Positions 30,502 to 39,844 of a stretch of DNA of 64,000 nt are shown piece by piece. Numbering within the stretch: the first letter of the stretch is position 1; the number at the start of each line of letters is the position of its first letter. A program made the translations under genes and the position numbers. Under the pieces are notes generated by a model that was given only the letters and a program-made list of their open reading frames with translations, searched no databases and had not been told where the DNA came from. Source of the stretch: an uncultured virus (IMG/VR IMGVR_UViG_3300031587_000158) (Duplodnaviria; Heunggongvirae; Uroviricota; Caudoviricetes). The stretch lies in the IMG/VR virus record IMGVR_UViG_3300031587_000158, one strand, 5' to 3'.

Positions 30502-30876
30502 TTATAAAAGATACCTCATCGTTTCACTAATCTTAAGACATGGTTCTCCGTTCTTTACATAATTATCGTAAAAAATTAAAGTGAATGGTATACGATGTTT
30601 CTCTGCTATTGTATCCACAATCGCTCTTCCACGGATCCTCCTTAACCAGTAAGCATGCTCGTGATAGTGATCCCACTCAATTATCTCGCCATCTTTACTA
30701 AAGGCTAACGTTGTGGTATGAAATTTGAAAATTCCATTTATAATTTCGGTGATGTCTGAGTTACTTAACTTACCCCTTCTTAATACTGATTTAAGATCTT
30801 CACCGCAGTAGTACCCAGCACCTATTGTTATTATTTTTTTCTTCTTGAATGCCTCATCAATAATTTTCTCTGCCAT
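30502..30876 (-). CDS. Hypothetical protein with shared tag (MAEKIIDEAFKKKK); paralog of 32791-33144
   Basis: Internal ATG at 30876 gives the tag; shares YCG.DL...LR.G and FYDN....PC with the paralog. Confidence 0.75.
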   Translation of the reverse strand: MAEKIIDEAFKKKKIITIGAGYYCGEDLKSVLRRGKLSNSDITEIINGIFKFHTTTLAFSKDGEIIEWDHYHEHAYWLRRIRGRAIVDTIAEKHRIPFTLIFYDNYVKNGEPCLKISETMRYLL

Positions 30877-30946
30877 ATTCAACGGGATTGCTACTATGTG
30901 TTCTACCTTTTCTCCCCAAAACTTCTGATACAATTTCTCTCGCCAT
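30857..30946 (-). CDS. 29-aa micro-ORF consisting mostly of the shared tag
   Basis: Manual translation MAREIVSEVLGRKGRTHSSNPVEYGRENY; GGAGG RBS upstream. Confidence 0.5.
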   Translation of the reverse strand: MAREIVSEVLGRKGRTHSSNPVEYGRENY

Positions 30947-30963
30947 TTCTTCCCTCCAAATCG

Positions 30964-31116
30964 TTAAACTTTAAAGCCTGCAAGGAGTAATTCCTTTTCG
31001 GTGACACCTGAGGATCCTGGAACAGCCTCAAGTGTTCCACCACACGAGGGGCATTTGGGGGTCCACTTCTCCAAAATTAATCCGCAACCACTGCATTTCC
31101 AACTTATTACACCCAT
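30964..31116 (-). CDS. Small Zn-ribbon protein (50 aa)
   Basis: Manual translation WKCSGCG...KCPSCGG; AGGTGA RBS. Confidence 0.75.
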   Translation of the reverse strand: MGVISWKCSGCGLILEKWTPKCPSCGGTLEAVPGSSGVTEKELLLAGFKV

Positions 31117-31158
31117 TTTTATCACCTAATTGAGAATAAAATCTGACTTATTAAAAGT

Positions 31159-31509
31159 TCACCATCCAAGGACGGCTCTTCTCAGCTCTATCATGCGAGT
31201 AATCCAGGAATCAGCGATTTCTAAGGCCTTCAGATATGCAGGACGGAGTAGCTTCTCTCGTAATTCTGGATGTCTTGCAAGTAACTTCTCAGTAGTTCCA
31301 TAGGCATATTCGTTGGCATGAGTAAGAGCTTTTAATGCAAGACCCTTGGTGGCTTTCATATCCTTCCACTTTCTCAGGTGTCTCTTTCTCTCTTCTACAA
31401 ATTCAGAGTCAATCCAGGGAGCTAGTGTAGCGAGGTACTCTATATCATCATCAGTAAGAAATTCACGGTTCTTTCGTGCAAATTCCTCTTTAATTATCTC
31501 TTCTCCCAT
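31159..31509 (-). CDS. Hypothetical helical protein with shared tag; paralog of 31512-31856
   Basis: LTD.DI..LAT...WID..F..ER shared with the neighbour. Confidence 0.8.
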   Translation of the reverse strand: MGEEIIKEEFARKNREFLTDDDIEYLATLAPWIDSEFVEERKRHLRKWKDMKATKGLALKALTHANEYAYGTTEKLLARHPELREKLLRPAYLKALEIADSWITRMIELRRAVLGW

Positions 31510-31511
31510 CT

Positions 31512-31856
31512 TTAGAAGAACATTCGTTCAACATATTCTGTTGCCCATGCTTCTGAAATTTTTAGAGCTTCAGGGTATATGGATCTTATAGTCTCCTCCC
31601 GAAGCTCAGGAGCTTTCTCAGTCATTACTTCTGATATACCTTTTGTGTACTCATCTGCATGCTCCAAAGCCATTTCAGCGATATGTCTCGAAAAACCTTT
31701 CTTTTGTAACCGTTCAAGGAATTTTATTCGTTCATCGATAAAATCCTTATCTATCCATCTCGGGTTGGTTGCGAGTTCCCGTATATCAGTGTCAGTTAAG
31801 GGTGCTTCAGGACTAAAAATTTCCTCAAGTATCCTTTCGGTGATTACTTTCTTCAT
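31512..31856 (-). CDS. Hypothetical helical protein with tag-like N-terminus (ERILEEIF)
   Basis: Tandem paralog of 31159-31509. Confidence 0.8.
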   Translation of the reverse strand: MKKVITERILEEIFSPEAPLTDTDIRELATNPRWIDKDFIDERIKFLERLQKKGFSRHIAEMALEHADEYTKGISEVMTEKAPELREETIRSIYPEALKISEAWATEYVERMFF

Positions 31857-31871
31857 GTTCCTAAGTACATG

Positions 31872-32711
31872 CTACTTCTTGTCAATTATGATCTTCCCAG
31901 TTGCAGCATCCTTCATCATTGCCAGATCACCAGCATCCGCTGCTATGCCATTCCTGTTTAAATCACCCTTGAGATCGAGTGTGAAGTCCAATATCTTCTT
32001 CTCCCCTGATTTTATGTTTGTCAGTGATGTGTTATCGTAATAATAATCCTTCCTAGCTGTGACCATAATATAACCGACCTCACGAGTTATGGAGTAGTAT
32101 CCAGTCTCGTTTGTTTTAACCTCTATAATCGGATTTAGGTCAACATCGTATACAGATATGGTTGCATTTGCGATACCTTTACAGGTGACATCTGTTACTC
32201 GTCCAGTTAAATTCCCATAAGCAACGACTGTAAGAATAGCATTCCTCGGTGGGGCAGTGCCAACGGTATAATCAGTTCCTGCTAACTGGATGTCGTTGAA
32301 ATTGACTACGGAATAATCACCTGCCCTGCCGGATATATTGCATACAAGATAAGCTACCGATCCCGTGGAATTTACTCTCTTAGTTCCATCATAGACAAGT
32401 GCTACGCGAGTGCCCCATGTGAAGTTTGTATTATAGGCAGGCTTGTCCCAGGAGGTAGTTAGATCCCCGTTAGTGACATCAGTGATATTGATAATCGTTT
32501 TGTTGTACGCCACATTGAATATGATACTGATGACGGGCTCACTTGGGTTATTGATAATCACAGGTATCTTGCATGTCTGCCCCTCGTAACACCGCAGGTC
32601 ATTTGTTCCGAAACTATTGGCCGTTGGAGTAGCTGATACAATAATAGCACCTGAGATACATGCTGCAATCATCGCTATACAAACCAAAATGCGATGGTAT
32701 TTTGCATTCAT
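31872..32711 (-). CDS. Secreted cohesin + carboxypeptidase-regulatory-like + truncated dockerin-like protein
   Basis: Signal peptide; cohesin-like IPVII...FNVAYN...V..GDL; GNLTGRVTD...TNETGYYSI; KGDLNRNGIAADAGDLAMMKDA. Confidence 0.8.
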   Translation of the reverse strand: MNAKYHRILVCIAMIAACISGAIIVSATPTANSFGTNDLRCYEGQTCKIPVIINNPSEPVISIIFNVAYNKTIINITDVTNGDLTTSWDKPAYNTNFTWGTRVALVYDGTKRVNSTGSVAYLVCNISGRAGDYSVVNFNDIQLAGTDYTVGTAPPRNAILTVVAYGNLTGRVTDVTCKGIANATISVYDVDLNPIIEVKTNETGYYSITREVGYIMVTARKDYYYDNTSLTNIKSGEKKILDFTLDLKGDLNRNGIAADAGDLAMMKDAATGKIIIDKK

Positions 32712-32790
32712 TTTTCTTATCAGCTCCTAATACTCTTTTCCCCTATCTTTTTCCAAGTTGTCTTCCAGCAGGTAAAAAACTTTAGATGAA

Positions 32791-33144
32791 TTAGAATGAA
32801 TACCGATGTCTAATACAAGGTGCTGTCTTCATCAGGATATTATCATAAAAGAGTAGATCAAATTTTTCTCTTGGATGCTCACTTTCTATTCTGTGTCTAA
32901 TAGTCTTTCTCAAATACGATGAGATATGTATAGCCTTTTCAGGGTATTGATCCCAGTCAATAATCCTACCAGATTTATTAAAAGCTATGCTTGTTGGCCC
33001 ATATCCTTCCCTTCGTATTCCTTCTTTTATAGATCCTATTGTGGATATTGCTAACCCCCCTTTTCTTAGCATATCCTCGAGGTCAGATCCACAGTATATC
33101 TTCTTCTTCCTTTTAAATACCTCCGCTAAAATCTCATGTGCCAT
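32791..33144 (-). CDS. Hypothetical protein with shared tag (MAHEILAEVFKRKKK)
   Basis: Paralog of 30502-30876. Confidence 0.8.
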   Translation of the reverse strand: MAHEILAEVFKRKKKIYCGSDLEDMLRKGGLAISTIGSIKEGIRREGYGPTSIAFNKSGRIIDWDQYPEKAIHISSYLRKTIRHRIESEHPREKFDLLFYDNILMKTAPCIRHRYSF

Positions 33145-33156
33145 ACTTATATAGCG

Positions 33157-33540
33157 CTAGCTAAGTTGCTTTCGCGCCATACCCTGAGCAACTTTCATGG
33201 CAAAAGAGATCATCCTTCTCCTGTCTTCAGACTCCTCGATTGACATTCCCCATACTTTTTGTCCCATGGATCTAGCCAGTACAATCGCCCAAGGGAAATA
33301 TATAATCCACTTTTCCTTTCGCATAGCCGGTGTTATCATCTCTCGTAGCTCTGGAAACTGTTCCTCTAAAGGAGCTAACGTGACCCTGATTGCATCAGGA
33401 TTATGCCTGATGCCGGGAATCGACCTGGCTTCATGATCTGATAGAATGATTTTGTATCCTCCAACCTCTATCTCGGTAGTCCCCTCTCTTTTACCTTTTT
33501 TTCCTGTGGCTCTATCTACTATCTCTTCCGCAAGTGTCAT
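33157..33540 (-). CDS. Hypothetical protein with shared tag (LAEEIVDRATGKK)
   Basis: 127-aa ORF in the operon. Confidence 0.75.
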   Translation of the reverse strand: MTLAEEIVDRATGKKGKREGTTEIEVGGYKIILSDHEARSIPGIRHNPDAIRVTLAPLEEQFPELREMITPAMRKEKWIIYFPWAIVLARSMGQKVWGMSIEESEDRRRMISFAMKVAQGMARKQLS

Positions 33541-33552
33541 TGTTCAATATCT

Positions 33553-33774
33553 TTATCTTCGTGCTCTTCTCGCTTTCCATTCTGCAATTGCTTCATCAAG
33601 TGATTCGTAGATACCCTTTCCAACCATCTCCTTTAATATCGGTAATACCTCTGGTAACTCAGCCTCAGCTAATTTTTTGACTCTTCTCTCTCTTTTGCTT
33701 CTAAATATACTCTCGATTATCTCTTCTGCAAGGGTCCCTTTTAGTCCATACTTTTCAACTATCTCTTTTGCCAT
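33553..33774 (-). CDS. Small basic protein with two copies of the tag
   Basis: MAKEIVEKY...LAEEIIESIFRSKR. Confidence 0.75.
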   Translation of the reverse strand: MAKEIVEKYGLKGTLAEEIIESIFRSKRERRVKKLAEAELPEVLPILKEMVGKGIYESLDEAIAEWKARRARR

Positions 33775-33785
33775 TTCATCTCCTG

Positions 33786-34202
33786 TTAATCGACAGAGTA
33801 AGTTAGGTGCACGGTCAAAGCTCTCAGTGTCTTGTCAGCACCTGTAGAGCCTGTTCCAAGGTTCAATTGTACGATGTCACCTGCAACAATATTTGTATAC
33901 GCCGAATTAAGTGTCCCCATATCTCTTGGCACGCCTTTCGTCCATGATCCTGATGAAACCATCTGTGCAACAATATTACTGCCTGAGCCTATTAACTCCA
34001 AATCCTCATAGTTTACCGGGTCAGTAGCTACATCTTCAGCAACTGATAATTCCGCTTTTTCCAATGTTATTGCATTTCGTGGCTTGAAGATTGCGAATGT
34101 CCTTCGAGGAAATGGAGCTGCATTGTCGCCAACACAGACTACTTGCTGCCTATATCGTTGCGGTACTTCAAAATCCTCTCTTGTTACTTCTCTTTGTATC
34201 AT
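33786..34202 (-). CDS. Putative minor capsid/jelly-roll protein; paralog of 36267-36701
   Basis: Both share F..P.....I..A, Y..L.L and GD.V.L patterns. Confidence 0.6.
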   Translation of the reverse strand: MIQREVTREDFEVPQRYRQQVVCVGDNAAPFPRRTFAIFKPRNAITLEKAELSVAEDVATDPVNYEDLELIGSGSNIVAQMVSSGSWTKGVPRDMGTLNSAYTNIVAGDIVQLNLGTGSTGADKTLRALTVHLTYSVD

Positions 34203-34216
34203 GGTTCAGTTATAGT

Positions 34217-35062
34217 TTATGGTGTCACACTCAATGAATCTAATACTGCATCGGTATTATCTTCAGGTTGTAGCTGGAGAACGAAATTCTCTACAAATGG
34301 GATGCCAAAAATGAAGTAGTCCATAGAACTCTCGCCAGCAGGGATTTCTAGCTCGTCGGAACTCAGTACCTGTGTATAGTCACCTATATTTCGCATCGTC
34401 ATGCCAATTTTTTGGTCTTTATCTGAAGTAAACCCCAAAGTCATTATATTAACTGGAGCTGGTAACGAGCTTCCGACAGTAAAGAACTGTGGTGCTACAA
34501 GACCATTTAGATTGGCAAATCTTACTCTATTGTTAATCGGTGTCGAAGCTAGTTCCTTCCACTGGAGTAAGGAAAGTGACCATTGGACAGGGGCGGCATA
34601 ACTCAATGCCCCCCAACCTAATATGTCTGAGAAAATACCCGTTGCTTTCCCGCCAACTGGGACATTGAAATTTCCCCGTGGAGTAGCTACTGTGCCATAC
34701 CTTTGCGATATGACAGTTGAGCCCGCAACACTCGTCCCTCTCAAATTACCCACGCTTACTCCAGGAATGTATCCATCACCAGAACCGGAAAGAAGTGAAC
34801 TCCCTAAACGGTTGTAATCCTCACATGTCCCATCAAGGACAGCAGCTTCAGCCGCTGCTATCTGCATCCATTCTACAACTTCTCTACCATCAATAGGTAC
34901 TCTACTTTTCACTTCTGGTAAGATTTCTGCTGATCTAATACTAGCCCTGAGCCAGGGGAATATACGTGGATTAGCCAAACCCCTTTTGAATTCAGCGGGT
35001 GAAATCATCTCTATTCTGCGTCCTGACTTGACTTCCTTCTTCTCTACACGAAGTATTGGCAT
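34217..35062 (-). CDS. Putative structural protein
   Basis: Basic N-terminus and beta-rich C-terminal domain within the capsid block. Confidence 0.55.
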   Translation of the reverse strand: MPILRVEKKEVKSGRRIEMISPAEFKRGLANPRIFPWLRASIRSAEILPEVKSRVPIDGREVVEWMQIAAAEAAVLDGTCEDYNRLGSSLLSGSGDGYIPGVSVGNLRGTSVAGSTVISQRYGTVATPRGNFNVPVGGKATGIFSDILGWGALSYAAPVQWSLSLLQWKELASTPINNRVRFANLNGLVAPQFFTVGSSLPAPVNIMTLGFTSDKDQKIGMTMRNIGDYTQVLSSDELEIPAGESSMDYFIFGIPFVENFVLQLQPEDNTDAVLDSLSVTP

Positions 35063-35083
35063 ATTATCTCTATTCCCTCATTT

Positions 35084-35518
35084 TCATGTCTTGATATACC
35101 TGCCATTCCAACCACCACTGACCCTCCCTGCAACCGGCTGTATGTAGTATAATCGTACTTGAACATTCGCTCCACTGCCTACAAATGAAAATGGTGATCC
35201 TAGGTAATCCCGTTCCAGCATACCCTTCGAGGCAAGCTTGAACTGTCTCACCACGGTCCAATTTGCTCCGGCATCGATTGTCTTTTTCAGTTTTAAGAGT
35301 GTCTCAACATCACTCTCGAGGTCAATGTGGTGTATCAGGAGTGTGTAGCCATCTGCTACCGTAAACGCATCGGTCAATGCCGTCTCAGCAACATTACCTA
35401 CTGCATCCGCTTTGTAATCTGCCTGTAAATTTCTATTGGGATCCTCCTCGAACCTGAAATCCTCTGTAGTCGATTTCGGGTCATGTAATTCCTTTCGAGT
35501 ATTATAAACATCTGGCAT
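35084..35518 (-). CDS. Putative small jelly-roll structural protein
   Basis: Alternating beta-strand pattern; capsid block. Confidence 0.55.
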   Translation of the reverse strand: MPDVYNTRKELHDPKSTTEDFRFEEDPNRNLQADYKADAVGNVAETALTDAFTVADGYTLLIHHIDLESDVETLLKLKKTIDAGANWTVVRQFKLASKGMLERDYLGSPFSFVGSGANVQVRLYYIQPVAGRVSGGWNGRYIKT

Positions 35519-35526
35519 TTTTTATT

Positions 35527-36174
35527 TTATCCCTCCAATTTCACCGGTGATACACCCCATGCATCCTCTGCTGTTGTCGCCCATGAGACGCCATCAATAC
35601 CACCAAAGCCAAAGATACGCCTTCGTAACTCAGCTTTTCGTAACTTCTCTATCAGCTTCTCATCCTTCACGAACTTCACATTATAGCGCCAGATATGTAA
35701 TTCAAGCTCAGGCGTTACCGACCGACCTGATTTATTGTAAATCTCGAAATTCTGTTTTGTCTTGTAGGGAAATAGTATCTCTGCCTTCTCCGGGTGCTTA
35801 TCTATCAGCTCACCTGTAAGATACCCCCAATCTTTCTTCGTGATTGTCGTCTTCTTATCCAATCCATTCATCGGATTCGTCTCCCAGTAGTGGTAGACGC
35901 GCACATCCTTCCGCGGCTTTATGTTATATCGCAGGTGGTATATCCGTAGTGGATGTGTATCGAGGATCTCAAGCAAGTCATCGCCTGATCCATGACCATC
36001 CTCACCGAGATAATTCTTCTCATGGTATCCTTCATCTGCTAACGCCGTGAACTCGTTGTATATCAATTCTCTGTAATCTCTCGTTATTACCTGGAAAAAG
36101 ACCACGCCAAGATCAACAAAGTTAATGCCACCGAAGTAGCCCTCAAGTAAGCTCCAGTCATCAATTTCTACCAT
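35527..36174 (-). CDS. Candidate second capsid protein
   Basis: 215-aa beta-rich ORF with GGTGA RBS, next to the MCP candidate. Confidence 0.45.
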   Translation of the reverse strand: MVEIDDWSLLEGYFGGINFVDLGVVFFQVITRDYRELIYNEFTALADEGYHEKNYLGEDGHGSGDDLLEILDTHPLRIYHLRYNIKPRKDVRVYHYWETNPMNGLDKKTTITKKDWGYLTGELIDKHPEKAEILFPYKTKQNFEIYNKSGRSVTPELELHIWRYNVKFVKDEKLIEKLRKAELRRRIFGFGGIDGVSWATTAEDAWGVSPVKLEG

Positions 36175-36266
36175 TATCTATCACCTCCATTTCTGTTCGG
36201 TAGGTTTCCTGCTCCTCATACTCTTATGCGGGTTCCTACAAAATAAAAAAGGAAAATTTGGTTAAT

Positions 36267-36701
36267 TTATTCCCGCTTGTACTCGATCTTTACGATCAGC
36301 TCGTCAGTCGCTTTTCCACTCGCTCCCGAAGAGAGCTTGTTCAGTGATACCACATCCCCTTCCGCGAGTACTCGGTGGGTAGCATCAAGGGTTTGGAATG
36401 CCACCTCGTCGAACGCTGCAAATGCCTGTCCACCTGTTTTTGTCTCTATCTTCCCTATCTCGTTACTTGCAGTTCCATCCCCACCCTTATCTGTCAATAT
36501 CAGGGTTAAATAATCTGCTGCGTTCAATGCGATCGCTGACGCATTCACTACGCTCGCTGCAACAATCTGACATGGATGTGGAGCAACGAATACCGGTTTT
36601 TCATCATCAGAGCCGGCAGCCACTGTTCCAAAGTACATCTCCACCGTCCTTCTCTCTGCATCCTCATCCCTAAACAAACTTAGAAGTCTATTTACTGGCA
36701 T
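36267..36701 (-). CDS. Putative capsid decoration/vertex protein
   Basis: FVAPHPCQIVAAS...LAEGDVV; small beta-sandwich pattern. Confidence 0.6.
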   Translation of the reverse strand: MPVNRLLSLFRDEDAERRTVEMYFGTVAAGSDDEKPVFVAPHPCQIVAASVVNASAIALNAADYLTLILTDKGGDGTASNEIGKIETKTGGQAFAAFDEVAFQTLDATHRVLAEGDVVSLNKLSSGASGKATDELIVKIEYKRE

Positions 36702-36735
36702 TTTCTATCACTTCCTATTATCACTCGTCAGCGCC

Positions 36736-37449
36736 TTACGTGTGAGATGGTGTCTCAGCCCTTAGCCAGGGTAGTTTCGCGTAGGTTATACCTTCCCAGA
36801 AGGGTTCGATGTCCTGGTTTGCATTCACTACCTTTACCCTCGAGTATATCTCTTCGTCCCGTGCATACAAAAACGGATTTGACAGGGGATATATTTGTAC
36901 CTCTGAACTTCTGAGTATATGCTCCAGATACTGAACCGACTTCTCGGATCCCTGATACACGAACTTGTACGCACTGATATTTGGGTTCGCTAAGAAAGTC
37001 CCTACACCTATGATGACCATGCAGCCGAAATCATCTCTGGTTATCATGTGTGGTGTCGTTGAACTTGCGATATGATTCTGCCATCCGGCTGCTGCAGGGG
37101 TCGATTTCCACGTGGTCATCGGTACGTTCGCTGAGTTCTCAACGTGCTCAGGTCTTATTCTCACAGCACCAAATCCAGCAGTTCCATCCGCACCCGTGAA
37201 AGAAACTGCGAGCATCTGCTTCGCTCTCATGCAGCCGAAAAGTAGCGGTTTGTGGAACTTCGCATAGCTTAGATCCACTACTCTCTCCTTCATGTCTAAC
37301 CTCAGCAGGTCGTATACGTCCATGTTGAATATATCAAGCTCGTCGTCGCTTAGCTCTGAGACGTTCTCCTTATATGTCGGGTCTGCAAGTATCTCTGCCA
37401 TCAAGCTCTTTAACGTGTCAACATCTATTTTCCCTATTTCTACTCCCAT
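36736..37449 (-). CDS. Candidate single-jelly-roll major capsid protein
   Basis: 237 aa, helical N-arm then a beta-strand series (FG..RIRP, TW......GW, VIIG, GITY); near the head of the structural operon. Fold is inferred. Confidence 0.5.
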   Translation of the reverse strand: MGVEIGKIDVDTLKSLMAEILADPTYKENVSELSDDELDIFNMDVYDLLRLDMKERVVDLSYAKFHKPLLFGCMRAKQMLAVSFTGADGTAGFGAVRIRPEHVENSANVPMTTWKSTPAAAGWQNHIASSTTPHMITRDDFGCMVIIGVGTFLANPNISAYKFVYQGSEKSVQYLEHILRSSEVQIYPLSNPFLYARDEEIYSRVKVVNANQDIEPFWEGITYAKLPWLRAETPSHT

Positions 37450-37490
37450 TTTTTATCACTTCTCCTTTAGGATTACGTGGATTACATCCC

Positions 37491-38012
37491 TTAGAGGGAC
37501 ATCCACATCCTCCTCCTTCTTTCCTCTATACTATAGAGGCTAGTGACCAATCCCCCTGGTTTAGCCTCTTCAGGCAAAATCCGCTCTAAAGCTTCTTTAG
37601 CCGTTCCTGGACTTGCACTTGGTGTCTCAGTAGTCGCTGATTTCCCGCCTACCATACCCTGTCCACTTATCCCCGGTATTCCAGGTATCCCTGGTATTCC
37701 AGGGAGTTTAGGGAGCATTTCAAGTCCTGGTAGTTTTGTGGGTATTGGGAACTTGCCTGCCTCTATCTGTCTCGCTGCAAATTCTAATGTCTCAACTGGT
37801 GCTAGCATCTCCTTCGGGACCTCTATACCCATTGCAGTGATTGGTCCCGTAACGAAATCATATACCGGTTTTATCATTGGGCTAGCCATTGCTTTCACTT
37901 GTGTTACCACTCCCTTTTCCGCTGTGGCAAATGGTTTTACCAGATCACTAATCTTGGGAACTCCCGCAGGTAATCCCGGAAATCCTGGAAGTCCTGGTAA
38001 TTGTCCTGCCAT
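37491..38012 (-). CDS. Pro/Gly-rich putative scaffold or membrane-associated virion protein
   Basis: LPG/IPG tripeptide repeats at both ends of a helical core. Confidence 0.65.
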   Translation of the reverse strand: MAGQLPGLPGFPGLPAGVPKISDLVKPFATAEKGVVTQVKAMASPMIKPVYDFVTGPITAMGIEVPKEMLAPVETLEFAARQIEAGKFPIPTKLPGLEMLPKLPGIPGIPGIPGISGQGMVGGKSATTETPSASPGTAKEALERILPEEAKPGGLVTSLYSIEERRRRMWMSL

Positions 38013-38017
38013 TTGTA

Positions 38018-38230
38018 TCACCTCACTTTCTCTGCAAATCGCTCTTTCATCTTATCGTATGTTGCTGTTGCTATTTCCGCAGGTGTAGGGATCCCCAAAG
38101 TGTCTGCTACCTCTGCTGGTGCAAGAGTTTTAAGTACTGTTCCTGGGCCTGGTAGACCGAGTATATCTTCGAAGATGTAATCTATCGGTGCAAGGGGATC
38201 GAATTTCTCTACAACTTTTTCTTCGTCCAT
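38018..38230 (-). CDS. Small putative structural protein
   Basis: First gene of the operon; GAGGTGA RBS; LGLPGP/LGIPTP repeats. Confidence 0.65.
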   Translation of the reverse strand: MDEEKVVEKFDPLAPIDYIFEDILGLPGPGTVLKTLAPAEVADTLGIPTPAEIATATYDKMKERFAEKVR

Positions 38231-38257
38231 CTTTTTTCTATCACCTCTTGAGATAAT

Positions 38258-38295
38258 ATGATCTCTTTATATAAAAAGGATATATATAAATACAT
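38258..38295. promoter_or_regulatory. Divergent promoter between the capsid operon and the protease operon
   Basis: TTTATATAAA and TATATATAAA boxes between divergent starts. Confidence 0.6.
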
Positions 38296-38326
38296 CGGAT
38301 TTAATGAACTAATCGGTGATGAAGAT

Positions 38327-39844
38327 ATGATGAAAGTATCTCCTTTACTTAAGGAGAAGTTGAAGTTAGTTAATCCTAGTAGCACTGAGTTAGTGCACCT
38401 AGTTATTGAGGCGGACGAAAAAAAAGCGGATTATGTTCTCTCACAGCTAAGGGAAGCGGGGTTTACTGTTGATACTTCGAGAATTTCAACGATACTTGGT
38501 AAGACGTATATTCCAGCAACTGTTCCGGCTGAGTTTGTATCAGAAGTAGCGAAGATAGAAGGTGTAAGGATGGTGCATAAGTCAATGCCTCGAGCTATGG
38601 GTGGGATGACAACTGCAAAGGTCCCCTTTTTTGGCCGTGTAGTGGACGAGTTGATTGGAGAAGTTAGGATACCAGCAATTGAAATACCAACAGCCGCAGT
38701 CCTGGAGGCGATGCCCAATCCTATAACGCCCTTAAAGGCTTTGGGAAATATCGCAGTGCCATTTACCGGCGTGAACCCTCTGGTTGATGTAAAGATCTTT
38801 CCAACAAGTGAGACATTCAGGATCCTCAAGGGAGATATAAAGACGAAAGAGGGAGAAGGTATCACGGTGGCAATATTAGATACCGGGTCACCTCGCCTGT
38901 GCCCCCAATTTCTCATGCCCTTAAAAGCTGCAAGTTTAATAGAGCACACCGTTATTCCCGAGCCTCCATTTGATATGATGGCACATGGGAGCTGGTGTCA
39001 CAATTGTGTTTGTGGCGATTCAGTCTCCTCAATTTATGGATCTTTGGTTGGGGGTGCTCCGAAAGTTGATAAGTCTGTCCATGTGAAATGCCTCAATACC
39101 TTTCCAGGAACTGGGACGACTGAGGGGATCCTGAAAGCTATTGAGATAGCTGTGAACTCAGGAGCAAAAGTTATCTCGATGAGCCTCGGTGGTTCAGCGC
39201 AAGGTCCTTCTGTTGGTTCCGATGCTGATGTTGAATGTAAACTTATCAATGATCTTTCTGTATTAGGATATATCTTTGTGATCGCTGCGGGGAACTCAGG
39301 AAGTGGTTTATTTACCTGTGGATCACCGGGGGCTGCGGATAAGGCAGTTACTGTGGGCTCTGTATCTATTATGGATAATTTTTTACCTGCCTACTGGTCA
39401 TCACGCCTGCAATCCGATTGGTATGGCGAGCATAAAGACGAGTTTGTGCGAGATTTGGCGAGCTATGGAGATAGACTTATCAAGCCAGATTGTACATCAC
39501 TCGGTGGTGGAAGAGCGAGTGAGGAAGCTACGCCTGATGAGGTTATATGGAGTGGAGCATCGGGCTACTTTGAAGGGTTCTATGATGGCATAAAGGACTT
39601 ATCCGAAGGTATGCATGGAACGAGTCAGGCTACACCTACCGCAGCAGCACTAATCGCATGTGCGCTCTCAGATGGTATTGTAAGGAATGGTTCTGATGTG
39701 AAGAGATATTTACGGGAGACAGCCGGTGGGAATGTAATTCTTGATCCACTAAATAAGGAGGTTGATATGGACTATATAGGCAAATATGGTAAGAGTGTGG
39801 CTACTGGCTGGGGATTGCTTAAACTTGCGCGGCTTAGGGGGTGA
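38327..39844 (+). CDS. S8 subtilisin-like serine protease with N-terminal prodomain, no signal peptide
   Basis: VAILDTG (Asp), HGSWC (His), AAGNSG (oxyanion Asn) and GTSQATP (Ser). Confidence 0.93.
   Translation: MMKVSPLLKEKLKLVNPSSTELVHLVIEADEKKADYVLSQLREAGFTVDTSRISTILGKTYIPATVPAEFVSEVAKIEGVRMVHKSMPRAMGGMTTAKVPFFGRVVDELIGEVRIPAIEIPTAAVLEAMPNPITPLKALGNIAVPFTGVNPLVDVKIFPTSETFRILKGDIKTKEGEGITVAILDTGSPRLCPQFLMPLKAASLIEHTVIPEPPFDMMAHGSWCHNCVCGDSVSSIYGSLVGGAPKVDKSVHVKCLNTFPGTGTTEGILKAIEIAVNSGAKVISMSLGGSAQGPSVGSDADVECKLINDLSVLGYIFVIAAGNSGSGLFTCGSPGAADKAVTVGSVSIMDNFLPAYWSSRLQSDWYGEHKDEFVRDLASYGDRLIKPDCTSLGGGRASEEATPDEVIWSGASGYFEGFYDGIKDLSEGMHGTSQATPTAAALIACALSDGIVRNGSDVKRYLRETAGGNVILDPLNKEVDMDYIGKYGKSVATGWGLLKLARLRG

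Noticed and set aside
37543..38088. Long antisense ORFs (e.g. 37543-38088, 38431-38949, 13064-13549, 31579-32040)
   Set aside because: They are shadows of well-supported genes on the opposite strand, with no RBS or motifs.
33786..39844. Head-tail (Caudoviricetes) morphogenesis module
   Set aside because: No recognisable terminase, portal, HK97-size capsid or tape-measure gene.
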